A stretch of 63,860 nt of DNA, filler included, from Perkinsus olseni (lineage: Eukaryota), in NCBI GenBank assembly GCA_013115125.1. It is 3 parts of 3 records of this genome, joined end to end, with 100 filler letters (N's around TTAATTAATTAA, not from the genome) between each part and the next. Parts side by side here need not be neighbours in the genome. Positions count along the whole stretch, not along the records: positions 22,163 to 44,197 come from JABANN010000549.1; positions 44,298 to 63,860 come from JABANN010000596.1; 1 more part is not named here. One strand, 5' to 3'. The first letter of the stretch is position 1. Every line of letters begins with the position of its first letter. Of this stretch, positions 36,801 through 49,598 are shown one piece after another. The translations under genes were made by a program, and so were the position numbers. The notes beneath the pieces were generated by a model. The model was not told the origin of the DNA, ran no database searches, and saw nothing but the letters and a program-made list of their open reading frames with translations.

Positions 36801-37666
36801 ATTCTGGTGATGTTGGCCAGTTCCTGGCTGACGGCAGTCTACAGCTGATCGATCGAGTTAAGAACTTGGTAAAGCTACGAGGAGGCGAGTAGGTACCTTC
36901 GCTGCCTTCCTCGTGTAACCTCGTCTACTCTCGTAGTGGTTCGTTGAGCCCAATGGCTTACTCTCGCCATATTGACCGTCCGATGGGAGGCATTCTCTGC
37001 ACAAGTGATGCTGTAGTGTGCTATTGGCAGGTACATCGCCCTCGAGAATATGGAACTAGTGTACGGCAGTTCGGCCTTTGTGGACGCCGTCAATGGTGGC
37101 ATCATGTGCTACGGTGATGGTGAGTGATCATGCTGATGATGAGGGCCCCGCCGTGCTTCCCATCGCAAGAGACGGTGTGGTCAGGTACTCTGGATAGACC
37201 GGTGGCGATGGTGCAAGTGAACAAGGAGAACCTGGTGAACTGGGCTAAGTCCAACAACGTCCAATACAGCAGCTACGAAGAGCTGCTGAGGAAGCCCGAG
37301 GCCAATAAGGCGGTAAGCTCTGTCCGATGGATCGCGTATCTCGTTGGTTGATATCAAGTACCCTAGCTGACTGTATTATTATCATCATTATATATGCCCG
37401 TGTAAACTCCCCTCCTTGCAGGTTCTGGATTCCCTGCGGAAGTGCTGGAAAGTTGGTAAGCTGTCGCCTCTCGAGCAACTGTGTGCTATAGTATTGCTCA
37501 ACGATCCGTGGACGCCGGAGAACAAGTAGGACGCCTGCTGCCTCCCTGCTCACTCCAACCCTCATTTGACAGGTGTTTGACCGCCACCAATAAGCTTTCA
37601 CGTCACGGTATCATCGCAAAGCACGAGGAACTGTTAGAAAATCTGAAGGCGTTCGGACGAGAGTAG
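33866..37666 (+). CDS. Long-chain fatty acyl-CoA synthetase (AMP-binding, LACS/ACSL type), multi-exon; start approximate
   Basis: [98 protein letters not shown]. Confidence 0.9.
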
Positions 37667-39100
37667 GCCACCGTGAGCGACTCCCTCCCATCACCGGTCT
37701 TGGTCTTCCTTCAGTCCATCGATGCCGATGTCGATCCCGACGACCTCGACCTCTTTCTCGAGAGCCAAGCTGTGAGGCTCGCGAGAGGATCGTGGAGGTG
37801 TCTCTTTACGTCGAGCTGGGATTTGTTTCAAGTGGCGGTAATTTCTTAAAGAGAAGGCATTTTTATGACTCCGAGGATCGCTGTTGTGTTCTCATGCTAG
37901 AGTTCCCTGACGACTCGTCAGTGACGAGAGTACGGTCGAAAGTAAGCGTACGCAAGTGGGACAGCTCGGCGGTCACATTCCTCTTGATCGTTTGCATCGT
38001 CGCACTCTAGACACAGAATGACGTTCAAGAGAGGTCTCCGAAGCACAACCGACGAGAACATGGCACATACTGGTTGTATAGTTGCAACGCTCGAGGTTTT
38101 GATATCCGAGGCGAGTCGAATCACGGGGAAAGGAGAGATGACGCAATCGAGGCGTTGTTGAAGGTGCCATTGTGATGAACAAGCCAAAAACCCAAGCAGG
38201 TCTGTCGTTCGCAGTGAACCACTCTTATTCAAGCCACGGCTAAAGCACACGTGAGGTCGTCAAGGGGTAGGGTATAGCGGGAGTCTTTCGTCACGGTCTT
38301 AGTGTTTCCTCGTGTTGTTCCATTCGAAGGCTTCACATCGTATGGTTGTGTTATCACCGTCGCGGCGCCTCGAGGACGGGCAAGTTCATCGTACTGCTAC
38401 ATCACCACGAAAGGGGAGGCCAAAGACGGACAGACTTGTGAGACGTTTGTCACAGTCCTCTCATCGAACGTGAAGATACCAAGTACATCTGTCGGAACGC
38501 ATGGCCCCTGGCTGGCTCATCAAACCACTCGGACGTTTCACCCGCGGTGCACCATGGTTCAGAACTATCGAGCACTCAGCTACTTCCGTCGGGATGAACT
38601 CCACAATATAGTAATGCGTATTGGCCATCGAACTGGAGCCGTATAGAGCGATATACGGGCTCCGAGCACCCAGGACGGGCTCTTCGTAGCTTCATCAGGC
38701 CTACTGGCGATCACCAAGAAAGGAGTCGCCGCGCCCTAGGAGTGCCCGTGTGGCTTCCCCTCTCGATCTGGACTTTGGCAGGGAGTGGTTGATGAGACGT
38801 ACTCACTGACACAGTTGCATGCGCCTCATCTCTCTACCAGGTGATGCTGAAATCTCCCGGAAGATGATCGACGCGGAGCGGCGGGCCATGGCCGAATGCG
38901 TAGGAGGCGGTCACAGCACTGACCAAGATGACCGCGAGTTGGGCCGCGATCCTAGCACTTTTAAGGCGTCGAAACCGCAGTGCTCTCGGACTTCTTAGAG
39001 CTCCTTCTGGCGTCAAAAGCGTCGTTGACTGATCGGACTCGCTAGAACGAGAGGAGCTCGATTTCCGCTTCGAGGATCGCGCCGATTGAGGGTTGTTGAA

Positions 39101-41268
39101 ATGTTCGGTAGGACCCAGCTAGTGTCCTTCAAGGTCTTCTCGCCTGTTGACCGACCTGGCCTAAGGCGAAGCGAGAATATCCTGGAGAAGGCGGAGCTGC
39201 AGTATGTTGGCCCTGTAAGATGCCACTTACATGCCACTACAGCACAACGCGCAATTGAGTACTACGCCTATCGTCATTATTGTTTCCCTGCACCCGACAC
39301 TCCCCGCAATTCTGTTGGTTCGCAACCGGTTTTACCAGATTCGAGGGTGGAAGGAGCAGGCTGATAAGTATGCTAGAAAGCGCCGAAGTGCTGTCGTACA
39401 CCACGAGTACGCTAGAAGCATACGACTTCCGACGGCTTCACCTCGACACACCTATCGCAGACCTCTGCTTTTCAGTTGTGGATTCTCCCCGGCTATAATT
39501 CGCTTTGGAGACGATATTGCTGGTGATGCCTCGGACGCTAGTCAACGATTGTGAGCACCTAACGGGTCGTTCTAGCGCTGGAATCCCTTGTGGCCCAACC
39601 GTGATTCCGCGGATATGTTTCTGAGCGCCAACTCCCTGCCCGGTCGAGTGTGCAGGACACCAAGACCTGTGAGGGTTTCCCGCACAATCTGTATTCCCTC
39701 TAACCGAGGGTGTACTTCAACGGCACCGATATTGCTGCTGTGGCAACCGTGCTAGGGCAGATCGTAGTACATGGCATTTACGTAGTGAGGAAGGTGTGCG
39801 AGGAGGCTTTATCGGTCCCCAACGGTAAAGTGGTTGAGTCTTGGCGAGGTACGAGGATGCTCTCGTCAAGCAAGCCTTGGGGCGACAGCAGCACGAGGAA
39901 CGCAGTCGACGCCGACGTGCGTCCCCGCGAGCTATCCAGAAATCCTTGGAGAGACTCGAGAGACTGTGAGTCACAGAGGGGCCGGTTGCTATACTATAAG
40001 CTGACTTCCTCCACTGGCTTTCCAGCGACAGATAAGGGCTGTTGAAGTGGCTTTCTGGCACGCGACTAGCAGCGGCCGTTCTTAGCTTTCTCCACAACTG
40101 TGAGTTCTAGGTACGAAGATGCTAGACTCCGTAATGTGAAGCATGAGAAAACGAAAGCATCTAGGGAGCTGCAGGCCAGGTCGTTGTCAGAAGTGGACAA
40201 GCTCTCCTCGAAGTCGAGGGATTTGGCGGAACAGCGGAGGGCTAGGGTGTCTGCCAGGGAATGGGTCACACGGCCGAGGTGGGCCCGCCATTAGGTTTCA
40301 CATAATGATAACCTACGGAAACGATTTCCTTGGTCGGCCTCGGGGCGCAATGACTCGAGGCTTCGAGCGACGGGCTAAACCCCGATACTAGAGGAACCCA
40401 GATCTCGGTTGTTGATGGCTTTGCCGCAGTGCATCGCCGCCGTCGGCGGGTCGAACAGAGGAGACCGGAAGAACCGTGCGGGAGAGCCAACAAGCAGCAG
40501 GTCGGAAGATAAATAACTTCCTCAAGCGCAGCGAAGAGGCGTTGGCGGCCCGGGAGGAGCGCACGCGGGCGAAGAAGAAAATGCAAGAGTAGGCCACAGC
40601 CAGGCGTGCTGAGTCTGGAAATGCCTGAGAGCAATCACCAGGTTGATTGAACTCGCTGAGTGCACCTTCCAGCCGAGAACCGCGCTCGACCGAGGCCCCG
40701 ATGATCAGGTTGAATTCTGTTAATTCCCTGTGTTTGTGGTCCTGTATCTCCGGCAGGCTGACGAGATCTGGCGGCGAGGTCTGAGCTCACGGCGATCGAT
40801 GTCGAGGAGGCAGAGTGTGCACGAGAGGCTCTACGCGAAGTGGGTCGTGAGAGGCTGCTGTGTGCCGAACTGCTGCCAGGGGAATTCTGGATAAGGAGAA
40901 GAGAGAGGAAATCCACAAGAACGCGCAGCTTACTCGAGAACGGGAGGAGCTGGCTCGCTGTAAGGGTGGCATTCATCAGGCCATCGTTATCGTACTCCAT
41001 TCATAATCCCTCCGCCGCCGTCGCTAAGCATCTCCGTAAGAGCACCCGGCTATAAATTGAAAGGCCTCTGCCGGTGAACAGCCGACACGCTGCCAGGCAC
41101 GTTCAAGCCACAGATCTCAACCCACCATCGAACGGAGAGTTTCGATTTGAGTTCAGAGAGCGACGCAGCCTCCATCGTCAGCCACTACTCTTCCTCGTCG
41201 ATAGATTCCCTGATAGTAAGGAGCGTGTTTGGAAGCCTCGGCTAGATCGCCTTCCGTCAGGCACTTGA
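39101..41268 (+). CDS. Possible hypothetical multi-exon protein, charged/coiled-coil; poorly defined
   Basis: Charged ORF fragments (e.g. 40100-40294) and GT-AG-like gaps. No family recognised. Confidence 0.25.
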
Positions 41269-41862
41269 GTGCGACGTTAGGAGAATGGTCAACGAGTATG
41301 TTGCGTCGCGTGAGTGAGTAGTCAACGACTCACTCAGCATCGTCCTCACTTGCTTATGGATCTATCAGGACAGCGGCAGTCTAGCAGTCCTTCAGATTAA
41401 GCACGCGTCGGAGGAACTGTGGGAGATGCATGTCCGCCGTTGTTGCCGCTCTAGCTGTGTAGTGTGGTTTTTGGAGCTTCTCACGATTGTAACGATGAGT
41501 TATCGAGTTACCAGTCGTCTTGCAATCGCCACTTAAAACTCGGAACAAGCGAGAAGAAAACATATCCGCATAGCGACCAATAAGTTAATAACATCTCCTC
41601 AATAAGTAGCGTCAGCGACACGAGCCAAACTCGAATCAGAAATTCTGATTCGAAGGTCGTTATTGCTTTCTGGCAAAGAGAGAGAATCTGCGCTGCAGAA
41701 GTTGAAAATATTAGGCTCTAAGAAGAGAACCTTGGACCACCGTAAGTGAAGAGGATGCTGGGAGGTTGATGAGTTCACCGTGACCACACGGCAAGGCTCA
41801 ATTCCGCAGGAGGCAGCAGCCTCCTGAGAACGACGAGTTGAGACGCTGAGAGGGCTCAATCG

Positions 41863-42682
41863 TCAGGTAGAACGTTGCAAGTATCGCCTCTCGTTATCGA
41901 TGTCGGTGTAGATGCCGTCGTCGTAGAACCCCAAGGTTTTGAGATCAGTACCTCTGATATTGAAACAGACTCCACATGTCTGATTGGCCATGTCGAGGAA
42001 GGTGTCGCGACTTCCACCAAAGTCTATCTGGTAGGGTTCACCGGGCTCCTCTCGTGACAACCTGTAAGGCCCTAGGAAAGCTGTGCTGTCACCAGTCCTT
42101 CCATCCGAGCAACTGAGCTCAAGTGAACCCTCCTGGGTGACGTCGAGTAGGAAAAAAGCTCTGAGGCACTCGAATGAGCCAAAAAAGGAGGTGCGGTAAG
42201 TGAGAGCCCTCCCTGAGAGGCAGGGCATACCGAGTGAGCTCCACCTTCTCGCCCTGGAACTGGATCGTACCAGAGTCAGGGGAGTTGACCATCAAGTGTC
42301 CAAGGTCACCCTCGACGAAGTTCAGCGAGGGGCAGGCAGCCTTAGAGCCACCGTAAAGGCGGTCTAATCCCGGAGGCGGGTTGATACCGCTGAGATACCC
42401 GGTAATATCGATATAAAAATCGATGAAGCTCGGCGGAAACTTACTGACAGAAGGGAACTCGAAGGGACCATCCTCAAATGCCTTCTGAGAACACTCTATG
42501 CCGTAGGTCATCTTCCCGTCTCTCGTTATGTTGTAAGTCAACTGCAGAGCGGAGCCTGGATCCAGATAGACATAGGAGCCAGGGTTCGGCATGGTGCCGT
42601 AGAAAGGGTAAAGTCTATCCAGCGGGTCCACCTGGGCACTGCAGACCGATAGAACCGCAGCCGTAAAGAGAAGAGCGATCAT
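41863..42682 (-). CDS. Secreted two-domain member of the two-Cys family, with an apparent 1-nt frameshift near 42205
   Basis: Signal peptide MIALLFTAAVLSVCSA. Domain 1 has KAACPSLNFVEGDL. Domain 2 (IDFGGSRDTF...TCGVCFNIRGTDL) is in another frame starting right after LPLREG. Confidence 0.65.
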
Positions 42683-43577
42683 GGCGCAGTCGGTGAAAGT
42701 ACCACTGAGCAAAGAGGTAATGCAGAGCGTGTGATGTCCCGCTCGCACGCAAGCACATCGTAGATGGAACTGCCTCCATGAATTCCGCAGAGTTGAGTTT
42801 GAACGGCTGCCTCGAGAAGGACATGGCCCATTCGGGTATTCGATAGATCAGGTTATCGCGGTCCATTGGATGCTCAACAGCGTTCCATCCGTCGCTCGCG
42901 TACTGATGACAAGCTATCACCAATGATTCGCTCTCCTCCGTTGTGTCCCCGACAAGCCGCATCACTTCTGCTGCGGTGAGGACAGGGCCACCGCGACACT
43001 TCCGTGGCCAAAGAGTATTCAAAACGATTAGCACTAGCGTCAATAGTTGTGTAGAAGGCCGAAACCTCAAGGATGGATGGGATCGACCCGGGGTAGGTAA
43101 GAGAACCTTGGTGCGTGGAGGATTGTGATTAAAGCGTCGGGTGCGTCAACCAGGCACTGCACCTGGCGCAGTCCACGCCTAAGCTACGCCTGCTTGCTCC
43201 TTTTCTAGCATCGACCACAGGCTGTGGTCCATAGCTGAGATTAGGTGGGGCCCACCTGGTGGGCTATTCTGAATAGAACAGGTTACACGAAAAGCATTCT
43301 CGACGGCAGCTCATGGGCAGCACGAAAATCATCATCAGACCACAAATGTCTCCCGTCTGCCTTCGTGTCGCAGTCCTGCGGGTGAGGATTGATGATGACA
43401 CATAAGCGTCCATGTAGTGCACAGTCTGCAAGCATGTAAGAAGGCCCCCGCTACGCCGTAGTAGTAACTGCGGTGACAATATAGTTACAACTATACGCTA
43501 TGTAGCAGTTACTTGCCAGTACTACTCATCTCTCACACCATCAACATCGCAATTGCCTTCACTGCAAACTAAATGTC

Positions 43578-43694
43578 GACCGGGACGGTGACCGCGAGGA
43601 TGGAGGAAGATGCAGATGAAGTCGGTCGAAGCCTTAGAGCAGGAAGACGTGATGACTAATTCATGTATTGCTCGTTATTAAGGAACGTTTCAAT
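43578..43694 (+). mobile_element. Heavily 5'-truncated copy of the 11473-11844 retroelement with 16-bp TSD
   Basis: CTGCAAACTAAATGTC at 43562-43577 and 43695-43710. One mismatch seen against 11731-11846. Confidence 0.85.
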
Positions 43695-44197
43695 CTGCAA
43701 ACTAAATGTCCCAGATTGGCATCTGGTATCATACTGCGCCTTGCACTCGCGTGCATGGGTATGCGTTGTAGATCACATTTCGCCCGAAATCCTCGAGGAT
43801 GGTTTTACAATTCTTTGCGGCCGGCCTTAAATATCGACACTACACCGAATAACAGTGCAGGCGAGCACATAGCGTGCCGAACGGAAATAGCAGATCCATT
43901 AAGATTAAGGATTCTTGGCTTTATAGAGCTCTTAAATCAAGAGCAGAGCATCAACACTCCAGTGTATCAAGCAGTTACTAGTCCCTACCGACTCTTCCCT
44001 ACCGAGCTCGAATTTCCGGGACGATAACGTCCGATGGTGGCCCACCTTGGCACTGGCACGTGGGTATGAGGGATATTACGAGCAGCCAGGATGAGACAAG
44101 AATCAGAATGACAAGTGGCCGTGGCGTGCGCTTTTGGATCTGTATTAGCGCGCGCCCGAGAACGTTAGTTCTCCACACAGATGCGCACTCAACCTCT

Positions 44198-44297
44198 NNN
44201 NNNNNNNNNNNNNNNNNNNNNNNNNNNNNNNNNNNNNNNNNTTAATTAATTAANNNNNNNNNNNNNNNNNNNNNNNNNNNNNNNNNNNNNNNNNNNN
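44198..44297. other. Assembly gap with artificial TTAATTAATTAA linker
   Basis: N44-TTAATTAATTAA-N44. Confidence 0.97.
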
Positions 44298-45315
44298 AGG
44301 AAGGATGAATGCGGTTCTAGTATTCATGGTCTATGTTTGGAGCAAGGTGCTGGTGCTGATGATTCTATCAACATCAAATCGAAGGTTCTCGAGTCTACGC
44401 TAGAATCGATGCATACTGTGCGCCGAGGTCTCAATCTTTTTGATAGAAAGGTTGATAGAAATCCGATCTGCTTATAAGTCCTGGACCAAGCAGTGGTCCA
44501 CCTTATGCCTAAGAAGAGTATGGAGAAGCTGGACTCGTCTTTTGACTCGAGTAACTCAATTATTCTCGAAGTTGATGGCCTGAATTCCATTGTAAGACTG
44601 GCCACCTCGAGTTCTGGTATCGTCGTGGAGGGGAGTTACTTGGCTACTAAACTAGCTGATACTATTGGTTTGGAGCTGAATTAGTCTTTCGGGAGCTGTT
44701 GCGTGAGTTTTTACTCCAGCAGTGCCCTCGCTTGAAGAAGCAGGATACTGGGTTTGGCGCCTTGGTTAAACAGGCTAGAGATTTATCTTATCGCCACAGG
44801 AGGTTCTTTCGCTACCCCTCGAAGAAGCAGGATACTGAGCTTGGCGCCCTGGTTAAGCCGATTAGAGATATGGGTTCATCCCACAAGAGTTCTTTCGGAG
44901 TTGCAGAATGCTGCACTCAGAATCACTGAGAATTCTCGATGAATAATGAAGTCTGGGACAGTGCCAGGTTCAAGCGCTTCCTCGAGTTGAGGACCTCGAC
45001 CACTGCTAGACTACCAGCTGGAACGAGTTAAAAGCTCAACTTTGACGACGGTTGACCAAAATGTACCGCCGAGAGAAAGTGCTGTAGTAATCGAAGAATC
45101 GATGTCTCTAGGGAATAACAGGGGCGAGAACCACAACGGAGAGGGTATGAGTCGCAGATTCCGCTTTCTGCCACGCACCTAGCGCCCCGGCTAGCTGATG
45201 CATGTAAAGAAGCGTTTGTCCTGCGCGATCGTGGACAATCAAGCATAGTAGGCTAGAGCTTGTATTGCGAAGTGAAGCTATACAAGATTTTTTATTGGTT
45301 TGTGGTCATTACTGC

Positions 45316-46343
45316 TTGGACTATCACGTGAAGTCCTATCGTTGCAACCCAAGGCTCAGTGGGTTGATCATTGTCTATCCATTGGTATTGATTAGTATCA
45401 TCGATTGGTTGCGTTACCCTAGTGGGATGAGTGCTTCCTCTCGCGTCATTGAGAACACTGACATGGAAACCCAAAACGGCTCCTGACACGCTCCCAACCT
45501 GCTAACTTTTCGATGGCCGCCCGTTCCTGTTCTGAGGAAGCCCATACTGTATATCATGTGCGCTTCTTCTCTTTCAGCAGCTGAATCCTGCCCGAAGCAC
45601 TGTCTCCAGCGCAAATTGAAGACTACGACGCGCAACTCCGAGCAGACGAATCACAGTAGCAATAGCATTTCAGTACATGCCAGGAAGAATCAAACGAGTG
45701 CAAGGACATTCACATTGAAGAAAAGTTGAAGGGAATTTGATAAATTGACAAGTTGGACAAATAATTGTGAACTATTGCTTGTGCGGCTGCTGCTGTGGAA
45801 CCACGACCACCACTGGCGACGGTTGAGGTATGGCTACTGGAGGGCCTACCACCGCTGATCGTTCCTGCTTCTGTTCGAGCTCGGATATGGCAGTGTATGC
45901 CAAGTCATGCCGATGGTTGCTCTTCAACTCGTAGGAATGAATCACACCGTATTGTATCATCTCTTGCACAGCTTCTGTGTACGTCTCATTAGTGATGGTG
46001 CTCATCTTCTTGCCGTCTTTAGGGTGGAAGCACAGCCAGCAAGTCCGCATGCATGCCACCAGGTGCGAGCCGAAGGCTAAATATAGAAGGTTAGCTTCTG
46101 AAGGTAGGCAGCGTAGTAGGCGAGGATCATTCCAATACATAATCTGTTCGTATCGCTTCGCGTTGCTGCCACTAATGTAACTATCAATGTAACTGAGAAG
46201 CCAACCACGATAGTCAGCAACTATCAGTTACTGCAATTACTGTTGCTCAGTAGCATCTGTGAAGAACTCACTCGGGAAGGCGTTCTGATTTCCAAGCCAA
46301 AGTTACCGAGAATCGCGACAGAGGCTCCGACGGGCTCACATCC
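45316..46343 (-). pseudogene. 5'-truncated duplicate of the last exons and downstream flank of the giant channel gene
   Basis: Colinear similarity to 52261-53390, including introns. Stop at 45772. Carries an internal deletion and an insertion relative to the parent. Confidence 0.8.
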
Positions 46344-46643
46344 GGAAAAGGTGTGCGGCTGAACCGCTGTTGTTCTTTCTTCTCAGGCCCTCTCGAGCTC
46401 TCCAGAAATTGACACGGAAGAAACGAGGGCGCCAGGATCAAGAGGCCTCAAGAATTCGGACCAGAAATTTTCTGGCAGAAATCGTTGTCAGCATTCTCAT
46501 CTGCTGGGTTTCCATTAATGCAGCTGCACAATGGGCAGTTCACAGCTGATCTGTTCTGATACGACTCGCTGCGGTACGACTCCACCTTAAAGTTTTCTTG
46601 GCGTATGGGAAACTGAAAACTATTTGCCAAGAAATTCGGTATA

Positions 46644-47300
46644 TTGGTTCTTTTAGAGAAAAAGTATATTTTGGGGTGCGATCCAGTCGACTGCCAAGAT
46701 CTACACGGATTATCTGCGTGCTATCAATGCCCTTCCTCTGGGGTTAAGATACTCCTGCGGTACACTCCGTCTAAGGGTTGCGAGGGCAATCGTAAAGCTG
46801 ACCGCGCGAGTGGCGTGCTCCATCCGAGTGGCTCGAAGACCACTCTGATAGCTCGTATAAGGAGGACGTGAAGAAACTTGGCCGCTCCTCCAAGTTCTTC
46901 TACACTCGCTACATCGGTACAGGCTTTCCGCAGGCTGGACCACCACAGTGCCGTCCGAGAGATCGTGTGCGGCCGCAACCAGTTGAGATACTCAAGGTCG
47001 AAAATTGATCATGGCACGGTGTCATGCGCATTCTGTGAGTCGGGTGAAGAAGAGGACTTCTACCACTTTTTATTCCACTGCGAAAACTGGTCACTGCATA
47101 GACGCGAGCTCTCTGACGCCATGGCGTTCCGCGCAACTGCCTGGCTTCCCCCGATGATCTCCTACTAAAGCATAGGGTTCTGGCTCTCCATCTGGAGCGG
47201 TTCTTAAAGTCTACTGGTCGGTTGAAATGTGTAGTTGTGCAAGTGCACAACTACGGCTCCTAAGCCTAGCCTGACGCTAGTTGATGACTTTATCATTGTT
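46644..47300 (+). mobile_element. Non-LTR retrotransposon relic: RNase H C-terminus and CCHC zinc knuckle
   Basis: KILLRYTPSKGCEGNRKADR (cf. WVPxH.GNE.AD), CAFCESGEEEDFYHFLFHC, LERFLKSTGRL. Interrupted by stops and frameshifts. Confidence 0.7.
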
Positions 47301-47779
47301 ATTATTGGCAGAATCTAAGGATTCCACGAAACCATTGACTTGAGTTTCCCGATGGTTAACAAAATGCCACTGAGAATCATCGAAGCAGTCTACTTGCCAT
47401 CTCCTGGGAACAGCATAGGCGGCTATAGGGACCACGTGGTCGTGCCGCTTCTTAGTACTCAGAACAAGAAGGGGTGCGATCGAATAGTATTTTTTGGATT
47501 ATCTGATGAGAAAAACTTCTTATGAGGAATTCACGATACAGAATCGACGAGAGAGACTTACGACTCGAATTTTGGACGCTTCAGAAGGAGCGATATCAAG
47601 TTGACTCTATCAATGATGCCGTATCATATCTCGCACCCATGCTGGGTGGACTTGGACCTGGTCCAATGGACCAGGTTGTGCGGTTGTTACTGACGGGCAG
47701 TGCTCAGGAGGGCTGAGCCAGGTGGTCCAAAGTCACGTTTCAGGTTCGATCCCGGCTAGCGACTATCCTATATGACTTT

Positions 47780-48245
47780 GATGTTACGGTTACCAGGAGT
47801 ATATCAACCGCATGACAATACCAGGATAACTGGGAGCCTCGCAGCTCGGTTCGAACTAGCGTCCGAAGGCAGTGCTTCAAACTACTCGGACACACCGTCG
47901 GTGTCACTCATACCCTCACCGTATGGTCAGACCATACGAAGACTCTTCCCGGTTGCATGTGACGATCTAGCCCAGATCGTCAACCCTATGATATCATCTA
48001 GGCCTTGTGTTTTGTCTTCAGCTCTGTGATTCGCCTTGTGTACAACATAATTTTGTGTCGTCCGATAATAACTATTGCGGGCCGCAACTTGCGGTCGACT
48101 CATTAAATATGATGTTGGGGTTTTCAGCAGCGTCTGTTGAAGATGCATACTAATTATGAGTGCCACATGGTGCCGGGTTGTCCTTGAGGACCTCTTCCCT
48201 AGAAGTCCACTGATGAGCCCTCGCGGCTAGAGACGAAACACGATA
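47780..48245 (+). mobile_element. Possible second degenerate Penelope-like relic
   Basis: PGVYQ...TGSLAARFE resembles GIY-YIG GVY...T.RSL..RF.EH. CTGATGAG...GACGAAAC lies downstream at 48210-48239. Confidence 0.22.
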
Positions 48246-49598
48246 CTAAAGGCTCTCCGATAGTCCCGACAGACTTTTCTTCTCGAATTCTCCCCGACGA
48301 CATATACCGTATATGATATACGACGATTTCGACAGACTCGTGCGCCTACCGACGCCGCCGGCAATTTGGTCACCAGTCAGTCAGTAAAGATTGCTCCCTC
48401 GATGCCGCTCATTGTAAGGACACTGCGCCAGAGGACTAGTAAGAGGGTCAGATCTTATCAACATCATAAGACTCGCTTGGGACCAGTTTCATTGGACTCC
48501 TCATCTGAATATTGTGAACAGTGATATATACAAACGTGCCAAGAAGTTCGGTGTGCCGGTAACCACGGGACAGCAATGCACATGCACTATAACTCAGTAA
48601 AGTGTGGCTTATGGAGACGGGGCTCAAAGAAAGGTAAAACCGGACTCGAGAGGAGTTCGGAAAGAACTGACCTCTTTCAATGCACGTGTTTGTTGGGACG
48701 AACGTACGTATAACGAGCAAAAGCGCACCAAGAGAAAGGTGGGTGCGTAGCAGCGATGGAGGTAGTTGTCACTACAGTGCACACGAAAGGAAGCGAAAGG
48801 GGAGAGGCCCTCCCGTAGAGCACAGTGCACGGATTCACGATTTTACTACGGTGGTCACCACCAGTGGACCACTGGCAGTGGTGACCACTCTGCCTTACGT
48901 AAATTGGTTGTAGGATGATGATTGAGGCTCCGTGCTATGCTTACGTATCGAGGGATGCTGTGCAGAGCCGCGCACAAACGAGAATGTTAGTATGCAATGA
49001 CAGACAATGCTTGTATGCACTATGAGCACTCGGTTGGCTACCCTCTCACTGTTCTCGGACAAGGCACCAGGCTGTTCTCGGGCATGGTGAAGCTTAACCA
49101 CATTCTAGCATTATAGTTAAGAAGAGGGTAGCACAATCAGGACAGTCAGCACAGTGAACGGCGGGCAGTCTTCTTCCAATTGTGACCATTATCTTACACG
49201 CTTCATAGTGGCTCTTTGTTGTCCGCAGCGAGCCCGGCTCATCGCGACAACGGCAAGCGAAGTGCATAAGATCGTGGTAACGTGACGTTACTAACGTCCT
49301 TCGCTCGCACTCGGTGGGTTCCCCGTAGACACCCTTCCGACACATCGCTTCTCTCTTCTGATACTCAAAAGCTTGCAAGGCTCCGAGGCTCCGTGTGCGG
49401 ATCCTGAAGTTTACGCACACTCACAGTGTGAGTCTCACAATGAGTTGTGCGCCCCATGATGGGAGACTTACATCGAGACTCCCACTCATTGAACGCCGTC
49501 GTAGAATATCCTCTTGTTCAAGGGAGACTTCCGCTCGCTACTAGCCACTCTAACTAACCGCCATCGCCAGATGCTGCTCCTGTTGTAGTTATAGACTC

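Noticed and set aside
33866-37666. Divergent AMP-binding enzyme as MenE, forming a men gene cluster
   Set aside because: Motifs ([34 protein letters not shown]) are those of long-chain acyl-CoA synthetases, not OSB-CoA ligase; adjacency is probably incidental.
47715-47765. tRNA gene around GGTTCGATCCC
   Set aside because: Only a B-box-like motif; no complete cloverleaf.
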